In this document: in pieces, positions 12,110 to 26,565 of the stretch
Numbering within the stretch: position 1 is the first letter of the stretch
How the letters are laid out: every line of letters starts with the position of its first letter
Assembly (NCBI RefSeq): GCF_001194135.2
Contig: NC_068995.1
Coordinates: forward strand, 18,165,365 to 18,225,392
DNA length: 60,028 bases
Origin: Octopus bimaculoides
Lineage: Eukaryota
Direction of reading: 5' to 3'
The notes under the pieces: generated by a model
What the model saw: only the letters and a program-made list of their open reading frames with translations
Databases searched by the model: none
What the model was told of the DNA's origin: nothing
Made by a program: the position numbers and the translations under genes

Positions 12110-13399
12110 TATATTTAACATACATTGATATGTCTTGATCAGGTATAAAATACCAAATAATTTATGTGAAGAAATAAAGGAACTGAATGTTGCATTTGTT
12201 TTTCAAAAGCGATTCTTGAACCATAGTGAAAACATTGAAATATTTCCATGCAACGATTGAAACCGGTTAGCTGAATGGCAGGCCTGCTCTGCACATTCGA
12301 AATATATATTTAGGCCTGCTCTGAACATTCGAATTATATATATTTATTGCAACATATTCATTCGTAAAAAAGGAATTATTTCTTTGTTTGAAAGCAATAA
12401 CCACAACATTAAAACTTTGAACATGGAGCACATTAAACATGGAACAGAGTTAACATGAAAACGAGAAATGCACATTCCATTTCAATGGAAATAAAAATGT
12501 GCAATATAATTCTCGATTATTGATCTTTAGATAACATTCCAGACCCAATGATCAGTTCTGTTGATTGAATATCTTACAAATTTACCAAAGTGCTAAATAG
12601 TAACTGCGGGCTGCAAACAGTAACAGAATTTGCTATTAAGCAATGATGCAAACAGAGCAGATAAAAGGATCATATAGTACGCATATACAACAATGAAGTC
12701 ATTGAATCAATTAAAATTGTTATCCTCATTCTCAAACTGTATGTCAAAACAATCTCTTACGATTAATGATACAGATCTGCAAAGTGTAATAAAACACAAT
12801 ATTCTGCACTATAGCTTTGTCCTTTTTGCATCAAATAAAATTTTATGTCAAAATGTTTTGTGTGCTTATTTTCGCTTGTTTTTATATTCATTATTATATT
12901 TCGTTTTGTTCCAAACCACCAATAAATCAACTTTTCGTAGCCTTATTTTTTTTAGTTTTCCAATTCTTTATCTAAGTCAACTGATGATTGCCATTCACAA
13001 AGACGATTCTGTGATTTAATAGAAAGATAAATCTTTGATAGCATTTTATTGCAGCATAATTCAAACTCGTTTCGACTTTATTAACAGCAATTTATCGTTA
13101 AGATCTTAGAAAATAACATCTAAATTGAAGAAAGAAAATTATTGAGAGAGCTAAACTCGAAATGTCTTCCTTCGTTATCAAATTAATTTCTATCTTTCAT
13201 TTTCATTTATAAAAAATATAACAATGAAAATAAAACAGAACCTATTAAAAGCAGTAAAAGTATTAAACAAAAACCGAAAACAAATCATCGTAATAATAGT
13301 AACTGAAAATATGAGAAAAGAAAAAAATGTGTATCAATATGTTGTATTTTCGAATTTTCTATTCATCTTCGTAACGTATTTTACATTCAGTGGCCACAT

Positions 13400-13468
13400 C
13401 CACACACGCACACACACAAATACACACACATACACACACACATACACACATATATACAGACAGACAAA

Positions 13469-13502
<34 letters not shown>

Positions 13503-13545
13503 TACACACGCACGCACACATACACGCATACATGCACACATATAT
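13400..13545. repeat. Degenerate (CA)n microsatellite
   Basis: Directly visible. Confidence 0.95.
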
Positions 13546-14546
13546 ATGAGTTTAAACTTTTATTCGAAAACTGATTTAAATAAATACATTTCCATTAAAT
13601 ATTCGTTCTTCAAATACACATATATTTTCTCAATGTGTTCCTATATGAATGGTTGGACTAGTGGAATTTGTACAAATATTATATTCTTTGATAAGATAAT
13701 AATAAGATAATAACAAGGCTATTATTATACCTGATTAATGAGTCTACAATGCTAAAATGTGAATTAAAATTCTATTACTAGAGATCACATTGTTCTCCTT
13801 GTCAAAATATCCACAGTCTAAGCTGGACCTGATTTTAACTTTATGAATGCTACATTGGAACTGATATTTACAAAACTTTCTATTAAAACCCTTACCATTT
13901 TACTCAAACAAATTTCTTTTATTGACAAGGATGCTTTAGGTTTAAAGATGTTTATTTATTTTATATATTTTTTTTTTATTTTAATATTTTGAGTTCTAAC
14001 TAAAATTTATTTTTATGTATATTTCTCCATTCTTTTAACCAACAATTTAGCTTACAAACGACCCCTTCCAATATACCAGTTAGAAACAGCAACCAATTAT
14101 CCCTCAAATTACTTCAAATTTTGATTAAATTTTTGCTTTAGAAATAAACTAAATATTGGATATCGCCTTCCAGCGAATTGATGAAAAGTATCGTTCTCTC
14201 ACCGCGATGAATAACAATTTCTTGTTATTGCAAGATTACAAGCAAGTTAATAAAATCCCATGACTGCATCATAAAAAGAAGAAATGTCTCGAATACAGAT
14301 AGATATAAAATTATAATTAACAGAGAAAAGTTGATTTTCTTCATATTCAATATTACATAAGATCTTTCTTTAATAATAATTCACACAGAAATATGTATTT
14401 GTATAGAAGAAGTATTTTCAGTTATATATCAGAACCAAATTAAACTGTAATCAATATGAAAGTTACACAACATCTGGCACTTCACCGTAACATTTTAACA
14501 ATCTTCATAAACAAAAGGACTAAGGCACAACTTGAGTAGGTACTTT

Positions 14547-14673
14547 GGTGTGTTCGCTCTTAGTGTATAATATAGCAGGATGTTATATAGTGAATGATAT
14601 AGCAGTATGTTCGCTCTTAGTGTATAATATAGCAGGATGGTGTGTTCGCTCTTAGTGTAAAATATAGCTGGAT
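14547..14673 (+). repeat. Minisatellite, three copies of about 33-bp GTGTTCGCTCTTAGTGTATAATATAGCAGGAT
   Basis: Copies near 14547, 14606 and 14639, with a partial derivative between copies 1 and 2. Confidence 0.9.
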
Positions 14674-16088
14674 ATTAAACCCTCACATGTTTATGTCTTA
14701 ATCAACTTTGCACCCACTGTGTACTGCTATATTATATTCAATGTGCTTTTAGAAAGGCAGACACAATGATCATGTCTAGAAGAAATTTCAATATAGGTCA
14801 GCTTGTTTTACGTTGAAACACAACAAAAATAATAATCAATCGTTGTAATATTGATAAATAGTTTAAGTAGAATCACTCCAATAAATTGATTATGCTCATT
14901 GTGTTTGCAAAATAATAGCTATTATTATGTTCAGAGATATACATTTGTTCAATCGATAAGAGTACAAATTCGATATCTCCCTTTGTGACAGTAATTTACG
15001 AAGGAATAATGTAATCAATTTGATATTTCCAGCGATATGAAGGATTTAGAAACGAGAGTTTACCCCACATAGCTCCACTTGTAAAGTTATAAACCAACCA
15101 ATCTGAAGAGACATGTATCCTAAAACTGATAACCTTTGGAGAGAGGAATAACTCATTCCTTGCAGAAACCTAATCAGAAGGGCGCAATATTTCAGTTTTA
15201 AATGTGCCTTTAAAATAAACATCTAGGAGATATATTTGAGATTATGTGCAAAGAAAATCCTTATCTATTCCCATGAATATATTTAAACAAACGAATAACC
15301 ATTCGCGTTTAAAATTTTTGTTTGACAACTACAAAAATATTAAAAACGATGTAAAAATAATATCGTGTCACTCAAGAGAAATGTTGTTTAAATTGTTTGC
15401 ATTGCTCCACGACTTTATGGATTCAATATATCTACATCAAAATGAAATTTATTTAATGGATCCACTTGATAAGAGTTCTTTAAATGACATGTCATGTAGC
15501 ACTCTAATTTGACGAATGCTTATCTAAGAGCACGTTTAAGTGCAACTGTCATGACTTACATCTATATTTTGTATAGCCTGTGGATAATGTTTCATAAAAA
15601 TATGTTTCACAAAACTGCTTTCGAAAATATTTTAGATATCAAATATAATTTACAATGGAAATTGATGCAAAAATACTATTACTAATGATTTCAGTTCTAT
15701 GATAATACAGTAATGATATTGATGTGAATCGACAAACTTATATAAACAAAAATAATCAAGACTCATTTAAAGGCTTAAGTGTATTAGTTTAAACCATTTT
15801 ATAGTTTTGTGCATTAGTCAGAGATAGAGTGACGTTTAGTGAGATACTCGGTAATTGGGTTTTTACGCTATTTTTTCTGTACTTTGGTATGTAAGTTGAC
15901 ACAGTATTTTTATGAAAGTTGTTATTTTAAAGAGCTTCGAAATTATTAAATTTAAGCACATTATTCCCCTATTGTTGGAGTACTGAAATATTCACATACG
16001 CAGCAGTAACGAAGTATTTATACTCTCTGAAATAAGTCATATAAACTAAATGATTGTAATAAACGTCATAATTAGATTCCCAAGTCTC

Positions 16089-16139
16089 CAGGGCCTGGAG
16101 ATGAAGCCAGAAGCCTTCTGGCCTCATCTCCAGGCCCTG
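16089..16139. repeat. GC-rich 51-bp hairpin (25-bp arms, 1-nt loop)
   Basis: CAGGGCCTGGAGATGAAGCCAGAAG-C-CTTCTGGCCTCATCTCCAGGCCCTG; one mismatch. Confidence 0.95.
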
Positions 16140-17899
16140 TTCTTTCCCCTTCCTACTTCCCTTCATTTATTTTATTATTTGCATTTGTACTCACTGTGAT
16201 AAAGCTCCATTTACTAGATCGAATGTGCCATGAAGATGACGGATATTATTTTCGGAATTTCTTTCGGAAGCACCGACTAACATTGGAAGCGGAAACGGCC
16301 GTAAGAAATGTTATGTCATGATTTCTATCAAAAAAACACTCAACCGAGGTTGATCAATTTGTTTGTTGATCAAAAGTTTTCTCCGTATTCTGATTATTTA
16401 AATTTGATTCCTGATAAACTTTTGTTTATTCTGTTGTTCGCTACATCCTATCGGCATAGTCTGCCGGCATACCCATGCCTAGGGACAGCATAGGTAACTG
16501 ATAGTGATAGTAAGTACGGATACTATTATCCCTAAGATAGTTACTACAACCACTAACTTTGCTTACCTGTATGTATATATATATATATAAATAAATAAAT
16601 AAATATATATANNNNNNNNNNNNNNNNNNNNNNNNNNNNNNNNNNNNNNNNNNNNNNNNNNNNNNNNNNNNNNNNNNNNNNNNNNNNNNNNNNNNNNNNN
16701 NNNNNNNNNNNNNNNNNNNNNNNNNNNNNNNNNNNNNNNNNNNNNNNNNNNNNNNNNNNNNNNNNNNNNNNNNNNNNNNNNNNNNNNNNNNNNNNNNNNN
16801 NNNNNNNNNNNNNNNNNNNNNNNNNNNNNNNNNNNNNNNNNNNNNNNNNNNNNNNNNNNNNNNNNNNNNNNNNNNNNNNNNNNNNNNNNNNNNTTAATTG
16901 AGATTTTTACCTGTAATTTTGGATTTTGTCCCTAATATTATTATATATATATATATATATATACATACACAAGCACACACATTGATGTGTATGTGGGTGT
17001 ATAAGTATGTATCTAAAGTTTGTACGACTGTTACTCTATCTTTTATTCTCTCTCTCATTTTCTTCTTTTCTCTCGCTCCCCCTCTCTTACATTTCTTTGT
17101 CCTCTTTCTTTAACTCCCACTATTTCCCACACGTTTATCTCCTCCGCACCTTTCCCTTTGTCTCTGATTTGTTTCTAATCTTTCAATCCTGCTGTCCGTT
17201 ACCCATTTCTCCTCTTTGCATGATATTTTTCTCTTGGCCTGCCTGCCGACCGTCAACACGTGTTTTTGTCCATCTCACATGTTACTGCCTTTAGGCTTTC
17301 ACTCTATACACGCCAGCTTAATTTGAATCGTTCTCAGTCGAAAGACACCCGTTATTTCATGTTGTTTGTATTCGTAATTCTGTACTTTGTCCTCAGTTTT
17401 CTTTGCTTGTTTTTTTTTTGTCAATGTTGCCGTACACATTAACTAGCTTTCTTACAAAGGGGTCTAATGCTCTTACCGTAGACTTTTTGGGGGACAACGA
17501 GATCGAACCATCTCAAGTGTAACTGTTCGAAACGACTTCCGGTACTTGACTGAAGAAAGAATGACCCGTCTTCTCTGCGTTCTTGTTCCATATATATATA
17601 TGCATATATATATATATATGCAAGCACAAGCCCGCGTGCGCCGAGTATGCAGTGGCCACTGCTTCCTCCGGTACTTGTGTTAGCAGCAGCAGTTCCCCGC
17701 AAATGGTGTTGTCAGTGGCCATAGATTTCATAATAGCAAGGTCGTTAATGACTAGCTGAATGGTATTGGTAGTGGTAGTTTTAGTTGTGGTTGTAGTAAT
17801 CGCTGCTTAGGTCATGGCAGGAAATGGCATCAATCAACATCCCCGACGTGGCAGCAATGAATTTGGGGTGCTGTCAGGTAACATCTGCAGGCATTGTCA

Positions 17900-18200
17900 A
17901 TGTAGGGATAAATTATCGAGCAGTGATAATTCATAAAGTCCACCGGGCCAACTGATTTTTCTAGTTAAATCAGCAAAATAATAGGGTTTCTTTGATACGG
18001 AAATTTCCACTATTTCCCTCAGTGGCAAGTATGGGAGCGTCTGTCTCGCTGGTAGTGTTACCGCATTCAAGAATATGTTTGCAGAAGGAGAACGTGTTTA
18101 TTGTCAGGTATTCTTTCTGCGTAACTGCAGTTCCTATTACCCCAGTCGGACCAAGTGTGAAGACTGCCCTTTCGACAGTTATTACGGCAGTATCTACATA
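17900..18200 (-). mobile_element. Decayed Penelope-like GIY-YIG endonuclease fragment
   Basis: Minus frame ...SFCKHILECGNTTSETDAPILATEGNSGNFRIKETLL resembles the PLE C-terminal H.L..GH...ILA.E.N....IKE.L motif. Confidence 0.45.
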
Positions 18201-18244
18201 AACTTACACTTCTAAACCGTTAACTGATTATGTGCCTTTGTGCT

Positions 18245-18455
18245 TCGAGCTGGCACAACCATTAGCACACCAGGCAAAATGCTTAGTGGCATTTCGCCCG
18301 TCATTACGTTTTGAGTTGAAATTCCGCCGGGGTTCAGCTTACCAATCATCCTTCCAGAGTCGATAAATAAAGTACCATTTGCACACTGGGATCGATATAA
18401 TCGACTAGTCCCCTCGACGGAAATTGCGGGGCTTGTACTAAAATTTTAAGCCAAT
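18245..18455 (+). mobile_element. tRNA-derived SINE, family A
   Basis: Diverged match to the recurrent unit GAGCTGGCAGAATCGTTAGC...GAGTTCAAATTCCGCCGAGGTCGACTTTGCCTTTCATCC...GTCGATAA seen more than ten times in the window. Confidence 0.85.
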
Positions 18456-18583
18456 ATTTATAGGTTATTGATCTTTCTCGTTTGGGTTGGTTACAAACTC
18501 TGTCTACCTTATTTTTAAACATTATTATACATATCTTAGTTAAGTGTGTGTGTATTTATATGTCATAATAATAATAAATATAC

Positions 18584-19290
18584 ATGCAAACAACGACCAC
18601 ATATAAGGAACAGACAGAACGAACCAACACAGGGTATAAGAACAATAACAAAAATAACCACAATAGGGATCACGGAAACATGAATAGCAACCGCAACAGT
18701 TATAACAGGATCCAAACAAAATCTCAAAAAAGAAATCAACGAACAGGCAATAACATCAAGAACACTTCACACACAGCTAATCAACCGGAATATCACAAAA
18801 GCAAAAGCAAAATGTCATCAAATAACTACAAAAACAATAATAGTGCAGCTATTTATAAAACAATAAATATACCGCTCAAGCAATCTGCATGTCCGCTCAT
18901 GAACCAATGCATGCAAAACAACATTATGTACAAATGCACTATCACAACACTACAACATAAATACACATACATAAGAGTCTCCGAAAACCAATTTGAGGTT
19001 CGTTATCGCAACCATATCCCCTCATTCCGAAAGATACGCCGGTGACACGCAACACTACTAGCGAATCTAATATGGTGATCAAAACAAGGGAAAATAAATA
19101 AAAAGATATTATATAGAACGGTCAATAAATAATGCACACCCATATAATACATTATCCGTGTATGTGACTTGTGCCTTGAGGAAGCCTTGTGCATTTTATG
19201 AGGTAACGAAAACTTGGTAAAAAGTATACTGAGAAAATCTCAGGATATTGTCACCGTACCAAATTTACATTTTCCAAATACAACGCAGTG
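18584..19290 (+). mobile_element. Penelope-like element 3' part with GIY-YIG domain (frameshifted)
   Basis: KQSACPLMNQCMQNNIMYKCTITT..YTYIRVSENQFEVRYRNHIPSFR, then after a frameshift RVCDLCLEEALCIL (PLE Cys/His motif). Confidence 0.85.
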
Positions 19291-19408
<118 letters not shown>

Positions 19409-19754
19409 AATTCAGTGAACTCAATCTTTCCCCTTCCCTCGTCCATGTGTGCGTGTGTCTTGTATTTCTCTATGTATGTGTGCGTGCCTATCCCGGTGTT
19501 TAGCATTCATGGATGTTTATATTTACACTTGGACAAGGAACCATGCAGAGGGAATGAACGTGGAACAATGTGGTTGGAAACAAACTTCTCAACCACACAA
19601 TCATTCTTGCACCTAATATGTGTGTCTGTGTGTGTTTACATTTGTTGCTAAATCGAGTATTTTGTCCCACTCTGTCGCAAAATTAGCAGTTCATCGAGCA
19701 GAGATCTATAAAATAAATGCCAAATTGAAATACGTACTGAGGTCAGTATGATCA

Positions 19755-19870
19755 ATAACTTTTTTGAAGATGGAACCCCATCACGGTGACCGTCGAAAAA
19801 CTAATGGCAAATATTTATTGACCTTCTTATTTCCTTTAAAAATCGGCACGAACTTTCCGGAAAACCAGTA
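19755..19870 (+). mobile_element. Mariner-like transposon 3' end and TIR
   Basis: ...TNGKYLL resembles the mariner C-terminal NG.Y. Followed by AAATCGGCACGAACTTTCCGGAAAACCAG-TA running into a (TA)n tract. Confidence 0.55.
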
Positions 19871-22800
19871 TATATATATATATATATATATNNNNNNNNN
19901 NNNNNNNNNNNNNNNNNNNNNNNNNNNNNNNNNNNNNNNNNNNNNNNNNNNNNNNNNNNNNNNNNNNNNNNNNNNNNNNNNNNNNNNNNNNNNNNNNNNN
20001 NGCGTGTGTGTGAATTTTTGTGCGTATTTTACGTGTTTCTCCGTTTATGAAATATTTGTTCAAAACATTTTGAATTCAAGCTGTATCTTTTGAAATTATC
20101 AGTGGACAACATATCGAATTTTATTAGTGTTTCAAATATTCTTGGCCAGGTCCGATATTATATTATAGACATTTATATGCATGATAACTTTCAGGAATAA
20201 CCACTTTGACTCGCCTCAGTAACTATATATTATTTTCTATACTAGCTAATATGTTTGACACATTGTCACATACAATTGTGAGTCAGAGCAAAATATGATT
20301 CAAATATCCTATGTAAACCTATACATACTCGTTACATGGATTTTTTAGAGCTAATAATTCATGAATAAGTAAAATATTGTATGTTTTGCTACTTCTACAT
20401 ATTAATTTGTCACTATTAGTTTCAAAATTATATTGTCATGAAAAAATATATGAAGAACGACAATTAAAAATACTTATCCCGAAGTCACAGAAATGATGTG
20501 AAATAAAAACAAGAAATAATATGTTAATAGTAATCGGATCTCAAGCTCGAAACTTTAGGAATCGGTCTATAACAATAGACTTCCCTCTGACATTATATAT
20601 ATAATTTGGATGGCGCAGTCCATTTAAATGAATGCAATATAAAAAGATGTGAGGAAATTACTTTTCATTTAACCCCCACACACACACACGCTCGCGTCTG
20701 TGTATGTATGTATATCACTACTCGCTCGCGTCTCCGCTTTTTCATTTTTGGTGAGTTCAGATAATGGTGGTCAGAAATTTATTGGGGCTGCGATGCAAAT
20801 CTAGTTTGGCGGTCCTTGGACGCAAGGGAGAAAGGAAAATGACGAACCTAGGGCTTAATAGTTTCCTAATTTATTCACTGAAAGATATGGATCACAGATT
20901 TCGCTTTCTTGAAATTTGAACTCAGAGCAAGGCGTCTAGAACGAATTCTGCAAAGAATTCTGACGTACTATATAGGGCCTTATTAGCTAACGTTAATATT
21001 TGTATATCAATATGTTATCAAAACAAAATGACCCAATAACGGGTCTCTATGCATTTTCTCAACTACTAGATATAACATCTCAAATTCCTCCTAATATCAT
21101 CATATTGATTTTTAAAATCAAAAGCCGACATTAGATAGTATCAAAAACATACGTTAAAAACTTATACGTTCTACTAAACAGAGAATTAGATCAACGAGAG
21201 TTGACCTGGTTCTAAATAAGAACAAAAAGAAACGAAAAATTATGATCGCTATGTTCAAGATGAAACATTAAATTAGATATATAAATTAGATGATAAGCAA
21301 AGTAGTAAAAATATATAAATAACATTGTTAAGATATGGCATCTAATTATGTACTTTGAATATATTTCCTTTGATGGTGTTGGGCATGAAAACACAGATGT
21401 AGTTACGTATAGACACGTTGAGAAATAAAGGCGCAAGCCCATCGCTGGAAAGTTTTATTTCTTTAAAATTGCTAAGACTGATATTTTTCTTTCTTATATT
21501 TTAAAGAACACTTTCGAACCGGAGTTTAGTCACCCTTCTGCATATATCTGAGACACACTTCTTTAATAAATCATTTCAATTATCAATAGAGATGTTGCGG
21601 CTCTTACACTTAAGACAGACATTTCTATAAATATATTCTCATATATGCTTGTCGTTTTGCTCTGTAGGTTGACATTCAAGAAATTTCCATATCGGCAATA
21701 TTATACCACGAAGTATTTGATGAACAGTTTTCTAGCATATGTAAGTATATATGTTATATGTATGTATGTATATATATAGAGGGAATTAAACATATAAATA
21801 AATAGAAAAGAATCATATATGTGTGTCTGTCTGCCTGTCTGTGTGGGTGTGTTTCTGTGTGTTTCTGTGTCCACGTGTGTATTTGTGTGTGTTTTTTGGT
21901 TGTATAAGAATGTAAGTGGCTGATGCATGTATAATTTCATTATTGCTTATAATCATGTTTACATAAATTACTTAATTATAAAACATTTCCCGCATGATAT
22001 TCAGGTAGTAGACGTAATAGATAGAGTGTGGGTTTTTTGTTCATTATTTTTAATTAAATGATTCTGCACTCAATAGTTGTTGCGGTTAAAAACGTTTATT
22101 TTTATTTTTCTTCTCATCGTTTCTCAGCGAAATTCTAAAACATTTCATTAGACATATAGCAATAACTGCTATTATTAGTTTTGTCTATTTGTTTGATTTT
22201 GTTTTTCTTCTGATTAAATTCCATATGAAACTAATTATATTTATGGTCTTGCTCTTAAAATGAAAACAGACTTATAATCATAAATTCATAACATCGCAGC
22301 GAACGAAAGATGGCAATAAATTTGTAAAGAGATGTGTACGATCATATTAATATTTGTAATACGAGTATAATTTATTTATCAACTATAAACTAACAGTTTT
22401 TAATGAATTTTAAAGTATTTCCTAAAGGACACCAATGAATGGATGACACTCAAAACAGAATTGAATATTTTAGAATTCTTCAATGAATAAATTTTAAAAT
22501 GTGTCTGACATTTTTAATTTAGGTAACCTTTAATTTTATAAATTAATTAAATGAGACTAGGAGTATTTTAACCAATATCGTTATAATGATTTAATGATCA
22601 ATATTATCAGAGAAAAGCTGAATCCCTTTATGTTATGCGATTAGTCATCACAGAAGTGTTGTGTGAATTATCAATTTTCTTTGACACGAACCTAATGCAT
22701 CCCATAGTAGAATAACATGCACCGAGTTTTCCGTACGTTCCCAGATATATATTATAATATTAGTCACTTTCCTTCACTTATATAGTTTCACTTCAGACTA

Positions 22801-24424
22801 TTTTTTTGCTCATCATACAATTAATTCTTGTTAGCTTAAAATGCATCCTGCAAATAACTTTAATTTTATCATTAATAGTGAATGTCCACACCAGATTTCT
22901 TTTTTTTTCTTTTCTATACTTGCCTGTGTATAATCTTATACATTTACTGAGTTATTTCTGCCACCACAGATTCAGCAATTACGTTAAATTATATAATATG
23001 TTGATGAGGTCATGATAATATGGAAATGTCTCTGGGGATTTCATCCGGATTGCCGAAATAATTTACATAATAACAAGCTTTATCAAATATTGATTTTCTC
23101 AGCGAATTTTAGTTATATCTTTAATATTCCTTTCATTAAAGACTGCTAACATTCACTGAAATAATTTTTAAAAAATGTAATGTGTTATATCATTTGCCGA
23201 CACAGTGTTTTTCAATTGAAAATGAAATACCGTGACGTAGTCTCTTTATTATCAGATCCAAATGCAACTCACAAGTGAGTCTATATATAACATCCAAATC
23301 GACATTACTGAACTGATACCATCATTGTAATATAGCTCATATTTAACCGAGATACCTTATCGGTCGGGTATATTGGAGCATAATATCTTATTCGTTTGTT
23401 TAATTAATGGCTCATAGTTTACTTCCTCTAATCTATTCCGATACTCAAGAAATATATAGCATCTTAATATTGTCTATTAGCAATTATCTGAAATAATTAA
23501 CCAGAGTTAAATAGACTAATTAGATTTATCCGCTATGGTCACTCATAACAGTACTTCATTATTATTCTGAACAGTTTCTCACTCCCAAGAAACGATGTTT
23601 TGTGACTCGGCTAACTGTAAAAGTTACGTTGGTATAACTCAAATACAGAGAAAGAAAATAACATAGGCAGTTACAAATAGCTAATGAATGCTCTACAATG
23701 TTGGAATATAAATATTTTGTCGACCATTATGTTACCAGATGAAGGAAGAGGATTAATTTGTTTCAATAAAAATACAGAAAAAAGGATGAAGTATAACGGC
23801 TATTTACGTCGTATATCCTTGATGTCTCTTCAGTTCAAGATAATGTTTATTCAAGTTTTGTTTACCTACAGTTTAGCTTTTATGTAATAAACATTCGATT
23901 AACATTTTATCGTATGACATAGTTCAGTGACGTTGTGCAAAATTTCTTTTCCGTTACTTTTATTGGTGTTATTCAGTATAGGTAATCTGTAATGACCTCT
24001 GATTAAAGAATATCTTCTAGCTGTGATACTTCTGTATATTTTGATATTTGGAATAGATTACCAATTGTTCTCTTCACAATTTTGAGACATGCAACGATTC
24101 GTCAGCAATTTCTAGCATGAAAAGCGTGCATAAACGNNNNNNNNNNNNNNNNNNNNNNNNNNNNNNNNNNNNNNNNNNNNNNNNNNNNNNNNNNNNNNNN
24201 NNNNNNNNNNNNNNNNNNNNNNNNNNNNNNNNNNNNNNNNNNNNNNNNNNNNNNNNNNNNNNNNNNNNNNNNNNNNNNNNNNNNNNNNNNNNNNNNNNNN
24301 NNNNNNNNNNNNNNNNNNNNNNNNNNNNNNNNNNNNNNNNNNNNNNNNNNNNNNNNNNNNNNNNNNNNNNNNNNNNNNNNNNNNNNNNNNNNNNNNNNNN
24401 NNNNNNNNNNNNNNNNNNTGTATA

Positions 24425-24552
24425 TATATATATATCTCCTCCTCTACTTCTTCCTCTCTCACTCTCTTCTCCTACTTCTTCTTTTTCATCATTACCTTCT
24501 TCTTCTTCTTCTTCTTCTTCTACATCTTCTTCTTCTTCCTCTTCTCTGTCTT
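24425..24552. repeat. (TA)n then degenerate (TTC)n
   Basis: Directly visible. Confidence 0.9.
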
Positions 24553-24719
24553 ATTAAATATAATTTCCTTCACTACTTTATGCTCCTTTTTCCCCCTCTT
24601 ACATTTCTTTTAATACCACGTCACTTTCGGTTTTTTATTGTTTCGGAATAATTCATATTTTTATTTCTTATTTGAAGTTATGACACCACTGATGTCTGAG
24701 AAGACCAATCCTTGATTAG

Positions 24720-25140
24720 GTTAGACATCAAAGGCAGAGGTATACGTTCCTGATGTTCAAGAATGTATAATCTATATCATTCGTTCTGATCATTTCTGCG
24801 ACGTTTTTGTTCAACAGTTTTTTCTCGATGGCGGTGTATTTCATCTTCCCAGTTGTGGGATTGATGTATTCTAGCTAAACCTTTTGACTTTACCTTTGTA
24901 GTATCATAGAGAGGGTCCTTGTGTTCTATATTCGATGCTGAGTGCGCTGTAAATTATACGACAGCTTGGGTTATATGTGAAGTGAACATCTCAAGTGAGA
25001 CGGCTTATTTAGCCTTTCTGAAAGATATTTTGATGCTCACCATTTAATCAAAGCTGCCAGTAAAACAACTTAAGTGTTTTGTTATCCTGACGGTACTGGT
25101 TCGGTGTTGCTTCCATGCAATACATTTGCAACAATAGTAG
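24720..25140 (-). mobile_element. Highly decayed LINE-like 3' fragment (possibly CR1/L2)
   Basis: A-rich minus strand with broken frames; only weak motif resemblance. Confidence 0.25.
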
Positions 25141-26565
25141 TAAATCCATTGTGATTTTGGTGTTTGGTTGTTTGTTGTCATGCTATAGTATAATACTCTT
25201 TCACTAACTTAAGTGTAAATATCAGAATTAAACAACAGCGATCTATAAAGTTTGATGTGCTGAAAAAAAAACAAAGAAAGAACGAACATCAAAAGTATTC
25301 AGATTTCAGATTAAGACATACAAAACTTCCATGTTTTGTACATGGGCAATACATTTTTCAAAAGGAATACAGGAAACAAAATGGCAGCATTATCATTGAG
25401 AGGAAGAACATATTGAAGTTCTAGAAAAAACATTTCGTGGAACAACTAAACAGGAACTCCAGTATTGCAAAAAATTTCTTATCAATATTCTCTTACTTCC
25501 TTCTGCGTCCAAATGCCTACACAGTTTGTAATGAATACATAAGTATAAGGAAACATATCGATATATATATTTTAGGCTCGCAATGAATTGATGTCGCATG
25601 AGTGGTTGATTTAATTATCTAAATGTAGAGAACCCCTATTGAGGGCACAATGTCGATGCTGTGGATGTTTATTCCCAGATAAGCCTCAATAAATGTTTCC
25701 ATTACACACATGACAGTACTATATTGTTTAATGTATCCTAACTGAAATTCTGTTTTATTGTAGAATGTAAATTGCTCTTTATAAAAGAGTAGTGACTACG
25801 TGATATCTCTGCCTTGTTGGCTCACAAGAAGACGAAATGTCAGCATTATACAATAATGTACACTGTGTTTTTTAAAATATTCATTCTAGTAGAGATGCCT
25901 CTTTGAATCGTCACGACACTTGTTTGAGATGTAGGCCTTATAAATCATTCACTTCAATGTCAAAACATGCCTATAGAACATACTGAACAGAGCACGTATT
26001 ATTGCTACGAGGAAAATGAAATCAATCAACGTTTTACTTCTTATTTTTCTTGGTGCCGTGTGATCAAACGTAAAATCAGACCCAATGTTTGTTTATATAT
26101 ATATATATATTATCTTTCTTTTCATGGCCGCTGAATTTGGGTGAATTGCAGGAGGCCCGAACGATTAAAATCCTCCTTAACGTTGAAGGAAAATGTAGCA
26201 GTGTTAAACTACATGGTAGATTAAATCTAGTGGTTATGGTATAAGATCGATAACGACACTAATCGCCAGAGATCATTTAGCAATGGAACAAATTTATCCC
26301 AGTAGGAAGAGATGGAGAATTTTGTTCAGTCATCAACTCTTGCATTCTCTCTTATGGCAAGATTTTTGTTCTTCGCTGTAAGAACATGCTCGACAGTATC
26401 TACTGAATTCATTTTCAATTACACGTATAAAGTTACAAACATGTTTCATTCCCAATAGCGAATAAATTTATTCACTGTTCTTTCTTATATATTCAACTTC
26501 GTAGATTACTTCTAATTAGTATTCCACTTCTCTCACACACCATCTGATAGACAAATATAGTAAGA

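Noticed and set aside
14547-14673. CRISPR-like array (33-bp repeats)
   Set aside because: Copies 2 and 3 abut, the one spacer derives from the repeat, there are no cas genes and the context is eukaryotic.
15064-15207. 144-nt open minus-strand exon candidate
   Set aside because: Weak AAG acceptor and GTAAAC donor; no recognisable protein.
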